Origin: Chthonomonadales bacterium
GTDB lineage: Bacteria > Armatimonadota > Chthonomonadetes > Chthonomonadales > CAJBBX01
Assembly (NCBI GenBank): GCA_037443035.1
Contig: JBBIPC010000008.1
Coordinates: 1-64,000 of the forward strand
DNA length: 64,000 nucleotides
Direction of reading: 5' to 3'
This document shows positions 29,861 through 40,470 of the stretch, piece after piece. Below the pieces are notes generated by a model. That model was given only the letters and a program-made list of their open reading frames with translations. It was not told the DNA's origin and searched no databases. The position numbers and the translations under genes are program-made. Position 1 is the stretch's first letter. Every line of letters starts with the position of its first letter.

Positions 29861-30862
29861 ATGACTAACCCGACCCCACGTTCGCGAACCATCATCGGCG
29901 CTGACCTGCCCAACATACCGTGGGAAGATAAGCCCGCCCAGTGCAAGGGCGTAGTCTGGCGGTACAGCGGGAACCCCGTCATCCCCAGGGATCTCTTGCC
30001 AACTTCCAACAGTATCTTCAACAGTGCTGTCGTACCGTTCAAAGGGGAGTTCGCAGGCGTATTCCGCGTGGACGATACCCGGCGCAACATGCAGCTCCAT
30101 AGCGGGCGAAGTCACGACGGCATCCACTGGACGCTTCAGCCTGACCGAATTCAGTTCATCTCGGACGACCCCGAGATTGGCAGATGGGAATACGGCTATG
30201 ACCCCCGCGTATGCTGGATCGAGGATCGGTACTACGTAACATGGTGCAATGGCTACCATGGCCCGACCATTGGCGTCGGCTACACGTACGACTTCGAGAA
30301 GTTCTACCAACTGGAGAACGCCTTCTTGCCGTTCAACCGGAACGGTGTCCTATTCCCACGGAGGATCAACGGCAAGTACGCCATGTACAGCCGACCCAGC
30401 GACAACGGCCACACTCCGTTCGGCGACATCTACTATAGCGAGAGTCCCGACATGTGCCACTGGGGCAAGCACCGCTTTGTCATGCGGCCCAACGGCGGAT
30501 GGCAATCCACGAAGATCGGTGCCGGGCCCACACCCATCGAGACAACGGAAGGATGGCTGCTCATTTACCACGGCGTACTCACGTCCTGCAACGGGTTCGT
30601 CTACAGTATGGGGGCGGCTCTGCTCGACATAGACCAGCCCTGGAAAGTCATCTATCGCACCGCACCATACATTCTGTCGCCTCAGACCATCTACGAGTGT
30701 GTTGGCGATGTGCCGAACGTGGCATTCCCATGCGCGGCTCTAGCGGACGCTGCGACGGGGCGTCTTGCCATCTACTATGGTTGTGCCGATACCGTCACGG
30801 GTCTGGCGTTTGCGCAGGTGGACGAGCTGATCGCGTTCATCAAAGAGAACTCCAGGGTGTAA
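29861..30862 (+). CDS. GH130 beta-mannoside phosphorylase (GH130_2-like)
   Basis: [45 protein letters not shown] and YYGCADT. Confidence 0.92.
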   Translation: MTNPTPRSRTIIGADLPNIPWEDKPAQCKGVVWRYSGNPVIPRDLLPTSNSIFNSAVVPFKGEFAGVFRVDDTRRNMQLHSGRSHDGIHWTLQPDRIQFISDDPEIGRWEYGYDPRVCWIEDRYYVTWCNGYHGPTIGVGYTYDFEKFYQLENAFLPFNRNGVLFPRRINGKYAMYSRPSDNGHTPFGDIYYSESPDMCHWGKHRFVMRPNGGWQSTKIGAGPTPIETTEGWLLIYHGVLTSCNGFVYSMGAALLDIDQPWKVIYRTAPYILSPQTIYECVGDVPNVAFPCAALADAATGRLAIYYGCADTVTGLAFAQVDELIAFIKENSRV

Positions 30863-31080
30863 TAACAGGTCAGGAGGCCAGTCGGGCAGCGCCGTAGGCA
30901 TCGGCCAGTCCCGTTTTGTTGGAAGTGATCTTCGACACACGATCCGGCGACACTCGGCTGAGAACGTGGCGCAGACATCTCGGCTGCAATCTGGCGTGAC
31001 CGCCAGATGCCTGCGCTACGTGGTTTGCCAGGTTTCTCAACGTTACAAGGCCGAGGTGCGAACGTCGCCTGGTAGGGGAA

Positions 31081-32748
31081 CTAGCTTCTTGCCGATGCCC
31101 ACGTGAGGTAGGCGCCCGAGAGATTGCGTGCTCTGAAACCTCTCTGATTGAGGATTCGACACGCATAGTAGGACCGTTGCCCCGAGCGGCAGTAGACCAC
31201 TATCTCCTTTTCTCTGGGCAGCTCTGACAGCCGGGCACGCAGTTGCCCCAGGGGAATGTGGATGGCGCCCGGAATGTGTCCCTCCTGCCATTCCATGGCC
31301 TCCCTCACATCCAGCAGGACTGCGCGATCGGGGTCCAGACTCTCGATCTCGTCCCATTGAACTTCCTCGAGATCTCCATTGAGGACATTCTCCGCCACCA
31401 TTCCCGCAAGATTCACGGGGTCTTTTGCCGAACCGAACGGTGGAGCGTAACCCAGTTCGAGCTGAGCAACTTGCCGGACCGTGAGGTTGGCCTGGATGGC
31501 CGTTGCCAAGACGTCCATGCGCTTGTCCACGCCGGACTGGCCGACTGCCTGAGCTCCGAGGACGCGGCCGCTCTTCGGATCGAACAGTAGCTTCATAGCC
31601 ATGGGCGTCGCTCCCGGATAGTAGCCGGCGTGCTGCGCAGGATGAAGGTGCACTGCCGCGAACGGCATATTGGCTTGTTCGAGCATGCGTGTGTTCGCGC
31701 CAGTTCCGGCTACGGTCAGGCGGAAGACACGGAGAATGCCCGTGCCGTAGGATGCAGCGTAAGTCGTCGGCCGGCCGAGGATGTTCTCAGCGGCGATTCG
31801 GCCCTGGCGGTTCGCAGGGCCGGCAAGAGGCAGCAAGCATGGCTGTCCCGTGACGCCGTGGCGCACCTCGATGGCATCGCCGACCGCCCAGATTGCAGGG
31901 TCACTGGTGCGCAGGTGCTCGTCCACTTTGATGCCACCGGTTGGGCCGATCTCGAGTCCGGCGTCGCGGGCAAGGCTAGTCTCCGGACGCACTCCCATCC
32001 CCAGGAGAACCATATCCGCAGGAATCCGCGTCCCATCCTTCAGTACAACGACCGATGCCAAAGCCTCGCCAGGTTGAACAGGATCTTCGAAGGAAGCGAC
32101 GCCGTTGTTCAGGTGCAATGCTACTCCGTTGTCCCGAAGCTCACGGTGGACTAGGGACGCGAGCTCGGGATCGAGAAAGGCGGCAACCTGCGGCAGCGCC
32201 TCCACGAGCGTCACGCTGAGATGGCGACGACGAAGCTGCTCGGCCATCTCCAGGCCAATGTAACCGCCTCCGACGACAACCGCGCGACACCGTGGATGCC
32301 TGCCAATGTAGTTGTCCACGGCGAGGGTGTCAGGTATGTCCCTCAGGACGAAGTGACCAGGGCGATCGATACCCGGTATCGGTGGTTTCAGAGGAACCGC
32401 GCCGGTGGCCAGCACGAGCGCATCGTAAGGTTCTCGGTATTCACTGCCATCCACGAGATTACGGACGACTACCTCGCGAGTGTCGCGCAGGATGTGGATT
32501 ACCTCGGAGCGGACGCGGACCTCGATGTCGAAGCGGCTGTGCAACCCTTCCGGCGTCTGAACTAAGAGGTGGCTTCTATCGGGGATCTCCCCGCCCAGAT
32601 AGTACGGTAGGCCGCAGTTTGCGAAGGATACGTACGGGCCGCGCTCCAGGACCAGTATGTCCGCGTCTTCTGAAAGCCTGCGGGCTCTAGCGGCCGCGCT
32701 AGCTCCGCCGGCCACTCCGCCCACGATGATGATTCTGGGTTTCCTCAC
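31081..32748 (-). CDS. CoA-disulfide/persulfide reductase with C-terminal rhodanese (CoADR-RHD)
   Basis: GGVAGG, SFANCGLPY, GGGYIGLE, YAPPFG, rhodanese GHIPGA and YCRSGQRS. Confidence 0.92.
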   Translation of the reverse strand: MRKPRIIIVGGVAGGASAAARARRLSEDADILVLERGPYVSFANCGLPYYLGGEIPDRSHLLVQTPEGLHSRFDIEVRVRSEVIHILRDTREVVVRNLVDGSEYREPYDALVLATGAVPLKPPIPGIDRPGHFVLRDIPDTLAVDNYIGRHPRCRAVVVGGGYIGLEMAEQLRRRHLSVTLVEALPQVAAFLDPELASLVHRELRDNGVALHLNNGVASFEDPVQPGEALASVVVLKDGTRIPADMVLLGMGVRPETSLARDAGLEIGPTGGIKVDEHLRTSDPAIWAVGDAIEVRHGVTGQPCLLPLAGPANRQGRIAAENILGRPTTYAASYGTGILRVFRLTVAGTGANTRMLEQANMPFAAVHLHPAQHAGYYPGATPMAMKLLFDPKSGRVLGAQAVGQSGVDKRMDVLATAIQANLTVRQVAQLELGYAPPFGSAKDPVNLAGMVAENVLNGDLEEVQWDEIESLDPDRAVLLDVREAMEWQEGHIPGAIHIPLGQLRARLSELPREKEIVVYCRSGQRSYYACRILNQRGFRARNLSGAYLTWASARS

Positions 32749-32921
32749 AGAGTATCTCCATTCTCTTGCCTCCTTCGATGAGGCTCTGCATAGTATACGC
32801 TCCAGCGATGGTGGGGTGGGAATGCAACGCTGCCAGCGAACTTTGGCGTACAGGGAAAGGATAAGAGCCTATCCATGTGAGAGGTACACTGCAACCGCCA
32901 CAAACTATCAGGAAGCCCTTC

Positions 32922-34853
32922 ATGACAGATCTGCTCGACCACATACAGTCTCCTGCCGACCTCAAGAGGCTCACACCAGAGGAGCTGAGAAAGGTAGCTG
33001 CTGAACTCCGAGATGCTCTGGTGCGGAACCTGTCTCAGACAGGCGGCCATTTCGCCTCCAACCTTGGTGCAGTCGATCTGATCGTGGCGCTGCACGCCGT
33101 CTACGACACGCCACGCGACAGGATCATCTTCGACGTGGGCCATCAATGCTACGCTCACAAGATGCTCACAGGACGGCTCAAGGACTTTCCGATGCTGCGG
33201 CAGTACGGCGGTATCAGCGGCTTCCTCAGGCGCGACGAGAGCCCCTATGATGCGTACGGCGCAGGACATGCCAGCACCTCCATCTCTGCGGCGTTCGGTT
33301 TCGCTGTGGCCAGGGACCTTGCAGGAACGGATGAGCACGTGGTGGCGGTCATTGGCGATGCGGGTCTGACAGGCGGTCTGGCATTCGAGGGGCTCAACAA
33401 TGCCGGTCACAGCGGTCGCGATTTCACAGTTGTCCTGAATGACAACGCCATGTCCATTGCACCGAACGTGGGTGCACTGGCAAGATACCTGGCTCGGCTG
33501 CGGACGTCTGGATGGTATCAGCACCTGGAGCGACGCACACAGGAGATGCTGCGGCGCCTGCCAGCTGGTGAGGTTGCTGCTCGGGCCGCCGACGGCTTGT
33601 TCAAACACTCCATCACGAACCTCGTGGCTCCAGAGCAGACCGGCGTCATGTTCGAGCAGATGGGATTCCAGTACATAGGACCTCTGAACGGTCACGACTT
33701 GCCCCTGCTACTCGATGTGTTCCGTCAGGTACGGCAGATGAAGGGGCCAGTCCTCGTACACCTTATCACGGTGAAAGGGAAAGGCTACGAGAAGGCAGAG
33801 GACGACGCCCGGAAGTATCATGCCGTTACGCCGTTCGAGCCTGAGACGGGCGAGGCACACAAGAGATCCTCTGGCCCGACGTACACGTCCATCTTCGGCG
33901 AAACACTCGTGGCGTTGGCGGAGGCCGACCCCCGCATCGTTGGCATTACGGCTGCTATGCCGGACGGCACCGGCATTGCGAAGCTTCAGGACCGGTTCCC
34001 GGATCGAGCGTTCGACACCGGCATCGCCGAGGGACACGCTGTATGCTTCGCAGCGGGGCTTGCAGCGGCGGGCATGCGACCGGTTGTGGCGATCTACTCG
34101 ACGTTCTTGCAGCGTGCCTATGACATGATCCTCCATGACGTCGCGCTCCAGAAGCTGCCCGTGATCTTCGCCATTGACCGGGCGGGTTTGGTGGGAGAGG
34201 ATGGCGGCACGCATCATGGGGCGTTCGATCTCAGCTACCTTCGCGCTGTGCCTGGCATGGTGGTGATGGCTCCTAGCGATGGCTTCGAGCTTGCGGCTAT
34301 GCTTCGATTTGCCGTCGAGCACGTGCGCGGTCCTCATGCGTCGCCCATCGCGGTACGGTACCCGAGAGGCGCAGCTTCGCCGGTGCCCCTAGCTGCGCGG
34401 ACCGTGCCGATCCAACTCGGTCAATCCGAGCTGCTATTGGACGGCGAAGACATCGTCTTCCTTGCAGTTGGGTCTATGGTGGCTCCGGCGCTGGCCGCTG
34501 CCCGCAGTGTCTACGACGAGGGCATCCACGCGGCTGTGGTCAACGTCCGTTTCGTGAAACCCATGGACGAAGATCTCATCACTCGCTTAGCTGCTCGTAC
34601 CGGGCGTGTCATCGTATGCGAAGAGAACAGCATCATCGGGGGATTCGGCGAGGGGGTAGTCGATCTCCTGAACCGAGCAGGGCTGGGCAATGTGGAAGTC
34701 CGGCGTTTCGGCATCCCGGATCGGTTCATCGAGCACGGTTCGCAGGCAACACTGCGCAGCATCTGCCACCTCACTGCTGAGGATTTCGCCGCCGCCGCTA
34801 GGGACATGGTCCGTGCGAGCAGCGTACAAGGTGCCAGAAGCCTTAAGACGTGA
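32922..34853 (+). CDS. dxs: 1-deoxy-D-xylulose-5-phosphate synthase
   Basis: GGHFASNLG, DVGHQCY, GHASTSISAA, GDAG...NDN, IYSTFLQRAYD and DRAG. Confidence 0.97.
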   Translation: MTDLLDHIQSPADLKRLTPEELRKVAAELRDALVRNLSQTGGHFASNLGAVDLIVALHAVYDTPRDRIIFDVGHQCYAHKMLTGRLKDFPMLRQYGGISGFLRRDESPYDAYGAGHASTSISAAFGFAVARDLAGTDEHVVAVIGDAGLTGGLAFEGLNNAGHSGRDFTVVLNDNAMSIAPNVGALARYLARLRTSGWYQHLERRTQEMLRRLPAGEVAARAADGLFKHSITNLVAPEQTGVMFEQMGFQYIGPLNGHDLPLLLDVFRQVRQMKGPVLVHLITVKGKGYEKAEDDARKYHAVTPFEPETGEAHKRSSGPTYTSIFGETLVALAEADPRIVGITAAMPDGTGIAKLQDRFPDRAFDTGIAEGHAVCFAAGLAAAGMRPVVAIYSTFLQRAYDMILHDVALQKLPVIFAIDRAGLVGEDGGTHHGAFDLSYLRAVPGMVVMAPSDGFELAAMLRFAVEHVRGPHASPIAVRYPRGAASPVPLAARTVPIQLGQSELLLDGEDIVFLAVGSMVAPALAAARSVYDEGIHAAVVNVRFVKPMDEDLITRLAARTGRVIVCEENSIIGGFGEGVVDLLNRAGLGNVEVRRFGIPDRFIEHGSQATLRSICHLTAEDFAAAARDMVRASSVQGARSLKT

Positions 34854-34892
34854 TACCTCTCGGCGGTGGTCAGCAGTGGCGACGCTACACGT

Positions 34893-37800
34893 CTAGCGTT
34901 CGGCCGTGATTGCCAAGACCCGCACGTCGGGTGCGTCACCCAGCGTGATGGCTACTAACGGCTTGGGTTCCTTGATTTCCACTGTGTACCAGAATACCGA
35001 GACGGGAGGTCCTACTCCGTCCGCTGTGCTGGTCCGGGAATACGGCATTGCATGGGCCACTGCTTCGGTGTTGGCTGGAGGGCCGTTCCAGGCGCTCACT
35101 GGGAACGACATGAACTGCTCGGAGCTGTCGGCGAAACGCAGCGTCACTGAGAGGCTCTGACCAGGACGCACTGCTGCAGCCAGGATGTGGACGCGCCGTG
35201 CGAGCTGCGCCTGCTTGGCGGTTGCCACGGGGATCTCCTGACCCCTGCACCGAACTGCGTTGGGGCCGGATGCCGGCAACCAAGCGAAACTGATCTGCCG
35301 GCTTCGAGCCGTGCCTGTGCGTATTTCTGGCATCCAGAGAGTAGCAGGAACCGGAAGGTTCAGCGCGTAGGGCGGGGTTAGCTCGGCTGGATAGGCGTTG
35401 CCGCTGCCATCGAAATCGGGTCGCTTGGCACCGAGGCCACCACTGGCTCCGTGTACGTCGGCTGCGGACTTGAGATCTACGAAGCGAAGCCGTCCGTTCA
35501 CGATCTGTACAAGGCTGACACGCGTTTCGTAGGTTCTGTTGCCCGGCAAGGTAGAGACCCACGTGTCGCCCACGCGGAGGTCCCACACGAGCCAGTAGGT
35601 GCCGTCATGTGGCGGAGCGGTCACTGACGCCCCGACGTCAGCGATCTCCTTTCCTGGCGTTACGTCTACCTTGATCGGGAATACTTCATCTTCCCAGACC
35701 GCTTCCAAGCCATCGAAGTAGTACCAATGGTAACCCACGGCAACCTGATCTCTTAGCCACGTCTGGGGACCGCGGTTGCGAACGCCGATGATCACAGGAA
35801 TCCGGCGCTCCCCGGGGAACCTGCCTGGCGTGTAATCGTTGAAGAACTGGACGCCCATATCGGCTTCTGCCATCTCCACTTCACGCGATGTCGTTGGCAG
35901 GGTCAGAGCGGTATCCGCAGCGAGGTCCACGTCCACTCGCACTAGGTATCGGCCGAAGGTGTCTCCGGAGAAGCGGAACGGACTACCGTCGGGCCGCGCG
36001 AAGGTCGTTGGGATGGTCAGGTCAACTTCGGATCCTGGCAAGACGTCTGACGGGATACGAACCGAGGCGTCGGCCATTTCCAACACGACTGGCTCTCCGT
36101 GGTCGTCGGGCTGTTCGAGCAGGCGTATGCGCACGGCCGTCGTTTCGCGTGGCCAAGGAGCCGGACCATCATTGCGCAGCGTTACGGCTACAGGGTAGGT
36201 GGACTGAGCCTCCACCACGCGTGTCAGAGACGAATCGACGAGCGTGGCGGCGGGGAGCAGGTCGTCGGCTGAGACGATGCGCGTAGCGAGCACGCCGAGG
36301 GCCGCACGCGTCAGCGGGGATGGTGCCAGTGGCTTGCCCTTGCGATCCAGGCGCACAATAGCGATCGTCAGCTCGTGCACCCCTTCCTGGCGCGGCAGGC
36401 TCACATTCAAGACGACCTGGGTCCTGGCGCCGGGTTCTGTGACTGCCGCCACCGGCGCTGGAGACGAAATGGCCGTGTTGCCTGCGAAAGCCACGAAGGC
36501 AGTATCCTCGGGTGACCAGGCGGACGTGCCCTGATTGCGCGCCGAAACGCGGAGCGTCACGGTTCCTCCGGCCGGACACGTAGGAGGAAGGTTCACGCTG
36601 AGGATAGAGCCCCCGAACGGACCCTTGGCGCTGAATCGCAGAGAGAATGCGCGTGTGATGTCAGTATACTCCAGCCCGAACTCGACGGTCGGCGCTATCT
36701 CCGTACCAGCCACATGGTCATTCCAACTCTCGATGAACACCCAGTCAGGGGGCTGGCTGAGCAGACGCCGCCACGCCACACGGTAGTCCTCGGAAGATCT
36801 CCTGGCGAGGGGATGTGCGTTCTGGGCGCGCCCGATGGCCCCTGCATAGATCGAGCCAATGGTGGCTATGCCACGTTCGGAGGTGGCAAAGCCTGTATCC
36901 GTCGCAGAGGGCACAAGCCCGTCGGCGCCCGGAATCTCCTTGCCTGCCGATAGGAGGACGATATCCCTTCTCAGATCCGCGCGCAGCCGGGCTCTGAGCT
37001 CGTCCATCAGCGCCTGTCCGCCTTCTGGGGACAAGCCGCTCAGCACGACAACAGAGGCAGCCCCAACGCCGTTCTGGCCAGCGAGTGGAAGCTGTGCGAT
37101 GTACTGCTCTGGTATGCACTCATGGAACTGCCGTACGGCTCTCTCGAGGCGAGCAGCTAGGTCAGCGGCCTCCTTCATTGCAGATGTGTCCAGCCAAAGG
37201 CACACGGACGGGTAGTCCATGCCGGAAGCTGCCATGCCCTGAAGTGCGGCTGCAATGGCGGTCGCCGCCAACCTGCCTTCCCGATCGGGCCGGAAGGTGA
37301 CGGCGGCGACACCTACGCCAGCCTCGCGCATGCGGGTGAACTGGATGCGATGCCAGTCCGGACGATCGTAGGTGAACCACGGACCGGTTCCGTCCATGGG
37401 ATGTGTGGCCAGTAGTGTCTGCCCGGATGCGTCGGCCACTGCCCGTAGTGGCAAGGCCTTTCGCGTGTCGCACTGATAATCCACCCTGTAGCGAGCGAAG
37501 ACGAGTCGAGGCCATTGCTGCTGCGCCAGTGCATGCTCGCGTGGCGGTGTAGGCTGTCTGACAATGCGACTCGGCATGGTGCCAGCCTTCAGGACCACAG
37601 GCGCCCGAAATCGCGCCGCGGCCGCGGTCCCCATGCCGATGCGCGCACCGCCACCGCTATCCGCGAAGCTGAATGCTGTGACCCGGGACCACTCTCCCTC
37701 GGCAATTGCACCGTCTATGACAGGACGTACATTGTAGACACGAGCACAGACGATGCCACCCGGTACACCGGCGATGGACGCCACGGGAGCGTCGGCAAAG

Positions 37801-38456
37801 ACCATCCGCCCCCAAAAGTGCGCATTCTGCACGTCGTCGCGCGTCTTCACGTCCGGTGACAGACTTGCCAACGGCGCTTCACCTTCCACGGTGTTGAGCA
37901 CCACAACGTTGAAACGCATGACTTCGCCGGGCTTGGGAGGGCCACTCAGTTCCGTCCACGGAATCGCCATCTCCACCGTGAACCCGTTATTCGTATCCGG
38001 AGGGCCATTCAGCGCGCCCCGCGGCCGGAGGCGGTACTTGAATAGAAGTCTCGTGCCGTCGGGCCCGACGCGGAAATCGTCTACGCCGCTGAGAGGTACG
38101 CGACCCTTCCCGCGATAGAGTTGCGCGCCGCCGGCTACACTGACGGCCATCTCCACGCGTGTGTCCGATTCGTCGGGTGATGTGCTGTCGGATCCCGCGG
38201 CAAGGAAAACTGCGATGCAGTCGTCCTGGTACGGATCGTGGAACGGTGCCGACACCGTGCCGCGCAGGACTGCCTTCTCGACATCCGCCGCTACGTAGAA
38301 GTAATCGGCATCGAAAGCTGTGCGGGCGTGCACACGAATGGCCGCACCAGCTCCGCTGCACGCTGTGACGATGCATGTGGCCATGATCCACGCCAGCGAG
38401 TGTCTGGCCAAGAGTACACGGGTGCGGCGCATCAGCAGGGAATAGAGCTGTGTCAT
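34893..38456 (-). CDS. Large secreted multidomain glycan-binding/glycosidase-like protein (CBM9-like, GH99/DUF5010-like barrel, Ig-like domains)
   Basis: CBM9-like FTVEMAIPWTEL and P.IDG...EW; barrel motif WVFIESWND...GTEIAP; Ig-like V.L.N.G..W and GTYWLVWDL. Confidence 0.6.
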   Translation of the reverse strand: MTQLYSLLMRRTRVLLARHSLAWIMATCIVTACSGAGAAIRVHARTAFDADYFYVAADVEKAVLRGTVSAPFHDPYQDDCIAVFLAAGSDSTSPDESDTRVEMAVSVAGGAQLYRGKGRVPLSGVDDFRVGPDGTRLLFKYRLRPRGALNGPPDTNNGFTVEMAIPWTELSGPPKPGEVMRFNVVVLNTVEGEAPLASLSPDVKTRDDVQNAHFWGRMVFADAPVASIAGVPGGIVCARVYNVRPVIDGAIAEGEWSRVTAFSFADSGGGARIGMGTAAAARFRAPVVLKAGTMPSRIVRQPTPPREHALAQQQWPRLVFARYRVDYQCDTRKALPLRAVADASGQTLLATHPMDGTGPWFTYDRPDWHRIQFTRMREAGVGVAAVTFRPDREGRLAATAIAAALQGMAASGMDYPSVCLWLDTSAMKEAADLAARLERAVRQFHECIPEQYIAQLPLAGQNGVGAASVVVLSGLSPEGGQALMDELRARLRADLRRDIVLLSAGKEIPGADGLVPSATDTGFATSERGIATIGSIYAGAIGRAQNAHPLARRSSEDYRVAWRRLLSQPPDWVFIESWNDHVAGTEIAPTVEFGLEYTDITRAFSLRFSAKGPFGGSILSVNLPPTCPAGGTVTLRVSARNQGTSAWSPEDTAFVAFAGNTAISSPAPVAAVTEPGARTQVVLNVSLPRQEGVHELTIAIVRLDRKGKPLAPSPLTRAALGVLATRIVSADDLLPAATLVDSSLTRVVEAQSTYPVAVTLRNDGPAPWPRETTAVRIRLLEQPDDHGEPVVLEMADASVRIPSDVLPGSEVDLTIPTTFARPDGSPFRFSGDTFGRYLVRVDVDLAADTALTLPTTSREVEMAEADMGVQFFNDYTPGRFPGERRIPVIIGVRNRGPQTWLRDQVAVGYHWYYFDGLEAVWEDEVFPIKVDVTPGKEIADVGASVTAPPHDGTYWLVWDLRVGDTWVSTLPGNRTYETRVSLVQIVNGRLRFVDLKSAADVHGASGGLGAKRPDFDGSGNAYPAELTPPYALNLPVPATLWMPEIRTGTARSRQISFAWLPASGPNAVRCRGQEIPVATAKQAQLARRVHILAAAVRPGQSLSVTLRFADSSEQFMSFPVSAWNGPPANTEAVAHAMPYSRTSTADGVGPPVSVFWYTVEIKEPKPLVAITLGDAPDVRVLAITAER

Positions 38457-38604
38457 GGCATACCTCTCACCAACGCCCGGGCAGACGGAGGCTGCACGAG
38501 CCCGACGGCTACGGCGGATTATGGCACACGACAGGCGAGGCCTGACGTACCGATCCTCATGCCCCCGTACTCCGATCAGGCCAGCCACGCCCTGGGACCG
38601 TTCC

Positions 38605-38634
38605 TTGACGCCCTCCAGAGGGGACGTCTATAAT
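38605..38634 (+). promoter_or_regulatory. Sigma70-type promoter for phnD
   Basis: TTGACG-18 nt-TATAAT. Confidence 0.7.
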
Positions 38635-38687
38635 CCGCCGAGAGCGCCACGAACGAGGTGCGCTCATGGTCTTGAGGGGGTGCAGAG

Positions 38688-39608
38688 TTGAGGCGACTTG
38701 GCAAGGCGATCATTGTCCTCATGGTGGCGGGCAGTCTTGGCGGTTGTGCGAAGCCGCGCACGACGACGTCCGATGGCCGCGGACCAGCGCTGCGGCCTCT
38801 AGGTGAAGTCCTGACGCTAACGGTGGTGCCCTACGAAGCGGCTGAACGCCTCCAAGACGAATACACGCCAATGGCCGAGTTTCTTGCCCGAGAGGCAGGC
38901 TGCAAGCAAGGCCGGTTCATCTCGGTCGTGGATTACGCGGGCGTGCTGGCGGCACTGGAGACTGGTGGAGTGGACGTAGCGTACCTCTCACCGTTCCCCT
39001 ATGCCTTGGCCACAAGCCGCATGCGGCTCAAGCCTCAGCCCCTGGCCATGCCGTGGGTGCAGGGCAGCCTGACCTACCGTGGCATCATCTTCGTTCGCGC
39101 CGACAGCCCCATACGCAACCTGGAAGATCTCCGCAACCGGACTTTCGCGTTTGGCGACGTCTCGTCCACCACTGGATATCTGCTGCCTCGCGCCATGTTG
39201 GAGTCGAAGGGGATCTTCGCGACTCTCAAATGGCGCAACGCCGGGAACGCGAATATGGTGGTGAAAGCCGTGGAGAACCGGGCTGCGGATGCTGGAGCTG
39301 CCTACGAGAGCGTGTTCCAGGTCGCCTATCGTACAGAGCCACAGAAAGCCAAGCTCATGCGCGTCATCGCCCATACAGTCGCGATCCCGAACGGCATCTA
39401 CGTGGCCCGTGGGGATATGCCCCCGGATACGATCGAGAAGTTGCGCCAAGCGTTCCTCAAGATGAATACGGATCCCGTAGGTCGTCAGGCCATGCTGAAA
39501 GCACCTAACGACAGGATTGTGCCGCCGGACGACCACCTCTTTGACCCAGTGAGGGAAACGGCCCGGGTGCTGAACCTCGACCTGGAAGCCCTGGAGAAGA
39601 AGGGCTGA
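38688..39608 (+). CDS. phnD: Phosphate/phosphite/phosphonate ABC substrate-binding lipoprotein (PhnD-like)
   Basis: Lipobox LGGC; DY...AL..G.VDVAY, YRGIIFVRADS and GDVSSTTGYLLP. Confidence 0.85.
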   Translation: MRRLGKAIIVLMVAGSLGGCAKPRTTTSDGRGPALRPLGEVLTLTVVPYEAAERLQDEYTPMAEFLAREAGCKQGRFISVVDYAGVLAALETGGVDVAYLSPFPYALATSRMRLKPQPLAMPWVQGSLTYRGIIFVRADSPIRNLEDLRNRTFAFGDVSSTTGYLLPRAMLESKGIFATLKWRNAGNANMVVKAVENRAADAGAAYESVFQVAYRTEPQKAKLMRVIAHTVAIPNGIYVARGDMPPDTIEKLRQAFLKMNTDPVGRQAMLKAPNDRIVPPDDHLFDPVRETARVLNLDLEALEKKG

Positions 39609-39658
39609 TGCTAAAGGACGCGGCTTGGACGAGCGTTGCGGAGCACAGGTAAGGTGGC

Positions 39659-40435
39659 ATGACGAGCTTCGGACCGGTAGTGGAGCTTCGGAACGTCAGC
39701 CATGCATTCACCGGTGAAGCGTGGGTGCTGCGCGATGTCAGCCTTAGTGTGGTTCAGGGCCAACGCCTTGCCATTGTCGGACCTTCAGGAGCGGGGAAGA
39801 GCACATTGCTCCGAACGATGAATGGGCTGGTCGTGCCAGTATCGGGCGAGGTGTGGGTTCTGGGACAGCGCATCAGTGATACGGCGGAATCGACGCGACG
39901 TGACTTGCGTCGGCAGATTGGCATGGTATTCCAGGAGTTCGCGCTTGTGGAGAGGTTGACGGTGCTGCTGAATGTGCTTATCGGGCGCCTGGGCTACGTG
40001 ACCGTCGCGCGAAGCCTCATGCGGTCGTTTCCAGAGGAAGATATCGCCCGGGCCAGAGCCGCGCTGGCGGAAGTTGGGCTGAGTGGTCTGGAGGACAGGC
40101 AGGTGCGCCATCTGTCCGGCGGTCAGAAGCAACGTGTGGGCATAGCCCGAGCTATTGTCCAGGAGCCGCGACTGATACTGGCGGACGAACCGACGGCGAA
40201 CCTCGACGTGCGTACTGCAGATGAGGTCCTCCGTCTGCTTCTAGAAGTGGGCGAACGACACAGCACGACCTTGATCCTGAATCTTCATGACGTGCGCGCT
40301 GCCCGGAAGCATTGCGACTGCATAATCGGCCTGAGAGACGGGCGCATTGTATGGAGCGGGCGTGCCACGGACTTCGGTGAGGTCGAGGTGGAGCAGGTGT
40401 TCTATGCATCATCGCCCGGTCCGCTGAGCGTATAG
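39659..40435 (+). CDS. phnC: Phosphonate ABC transporter ATP-binding protein (PhnC-like)
   Basis: GPSGAGKST, LVERLTVLLNVLIGRLG, LSGGQKQRVGIARA and ADEP. Confidence 0.88.
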   Translation: MTSFGPVVELRNVSHAFTGEAWVLRDVSLSVVQGQRLAIVGPSGAGKSTLLRTMNGLVVPVSGEVWVLGQRISDTAESTRRDLRRQIGMVFQEFALVERLTVLLNVLIGRLGYVTVARSLMRSFPEEDIARARAALAEVGLSGLEDRQVRHLSGGQKQRVGIARAIVQEPRLILADEPTANLDVRTADEVLRLLLEVGERHSTTLILNLHDVRAARKHCDCIIGLRDGRIVWSGRATDFGEVEVEQVFYASSPGPLSV

Positions 40436-40470
40436 GTTACAGACGAGCAAGGGAGGCGAGAGTCTAGGCA

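Noticed and set aside
30863..30900. CAGGTCAGG as SRP RNA
   Set aside because: It lacks the GGAA tetraloop/GCAGC helix-8 motif.
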